64,000 bases of DNA, taken from the human T2T-CHM13v2.0 reference genome, Homo sapiens. Below, in pieces: positions 63,862-64,000 of this stretch. The stretch is from NCBI RefSeq assembly GCF_009914755.1, contig NC_060928.1. One strand, 5' to 3'. The notes beneath the pieces are model-generated. The model was given only the letters and a program-made list of their open reading frames with translations. It was not told the origin of the DNA and searched no databases. Numbering within the stretch: the stretch's first letter is position 1; every line of letters begins with the position of its first letter. The translations under genes and the position numbers were made by a program.

Positions 63862-64000
63862 CTTTTTTTTTTGAAACAGGGCCTCATTCCATCACTTAGG
63901 CTGGAGTGCAGTGGCATAATCATGGCTCACTGCAGCCTTGACTTTCTTGAGCTCAGATGATTCACCCGCCTCAGCCTCTCAAGTGGTTGGGACTACAGTT
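63862..64000 (-). mobile_element. AluJ (runs off the window end)
   Basis: Poly-T followed by reverse Alu right arm. Confidence 0.88.

Overview
Primate (probably human or ape) intergenic DNA, mostly interspersed repeats, with no host protein-coding exon I can support. The main feature is a 7.6-kb HERV-W (HERV17/LTR17) provirus on the minus strand (8881-16496). It has two complete LTRs, a 4-bp CCAC target-site duplication and an Arg-type primer binding site. Gag and pol are disrupted, with a large pol deletion, but a 468-aa syncytin-1-like env ORF stays open from the Met68-equivalent. The provirus sits in the 5' UTR of an old minus-strand L1. A second, near full-length L1PB-like element (+, ~42660-49440) carries a U4atac snRNA retrocopy, itself interrupted by a THE1 LTR, plus an ectopic copy of part of its own ORF2. 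The rest is Alu, MIR, L2, MaLR/ERV LTRs, MER44/MER58 DNA transposons and microsatellites. I found no convincing new biological system; the best follow-up leads are the env ORF, the LTR asymmetry and the nested U4atac copy. Repeat subfamily names and comparisons with reference sequences come from recalled consensus, not from a search.
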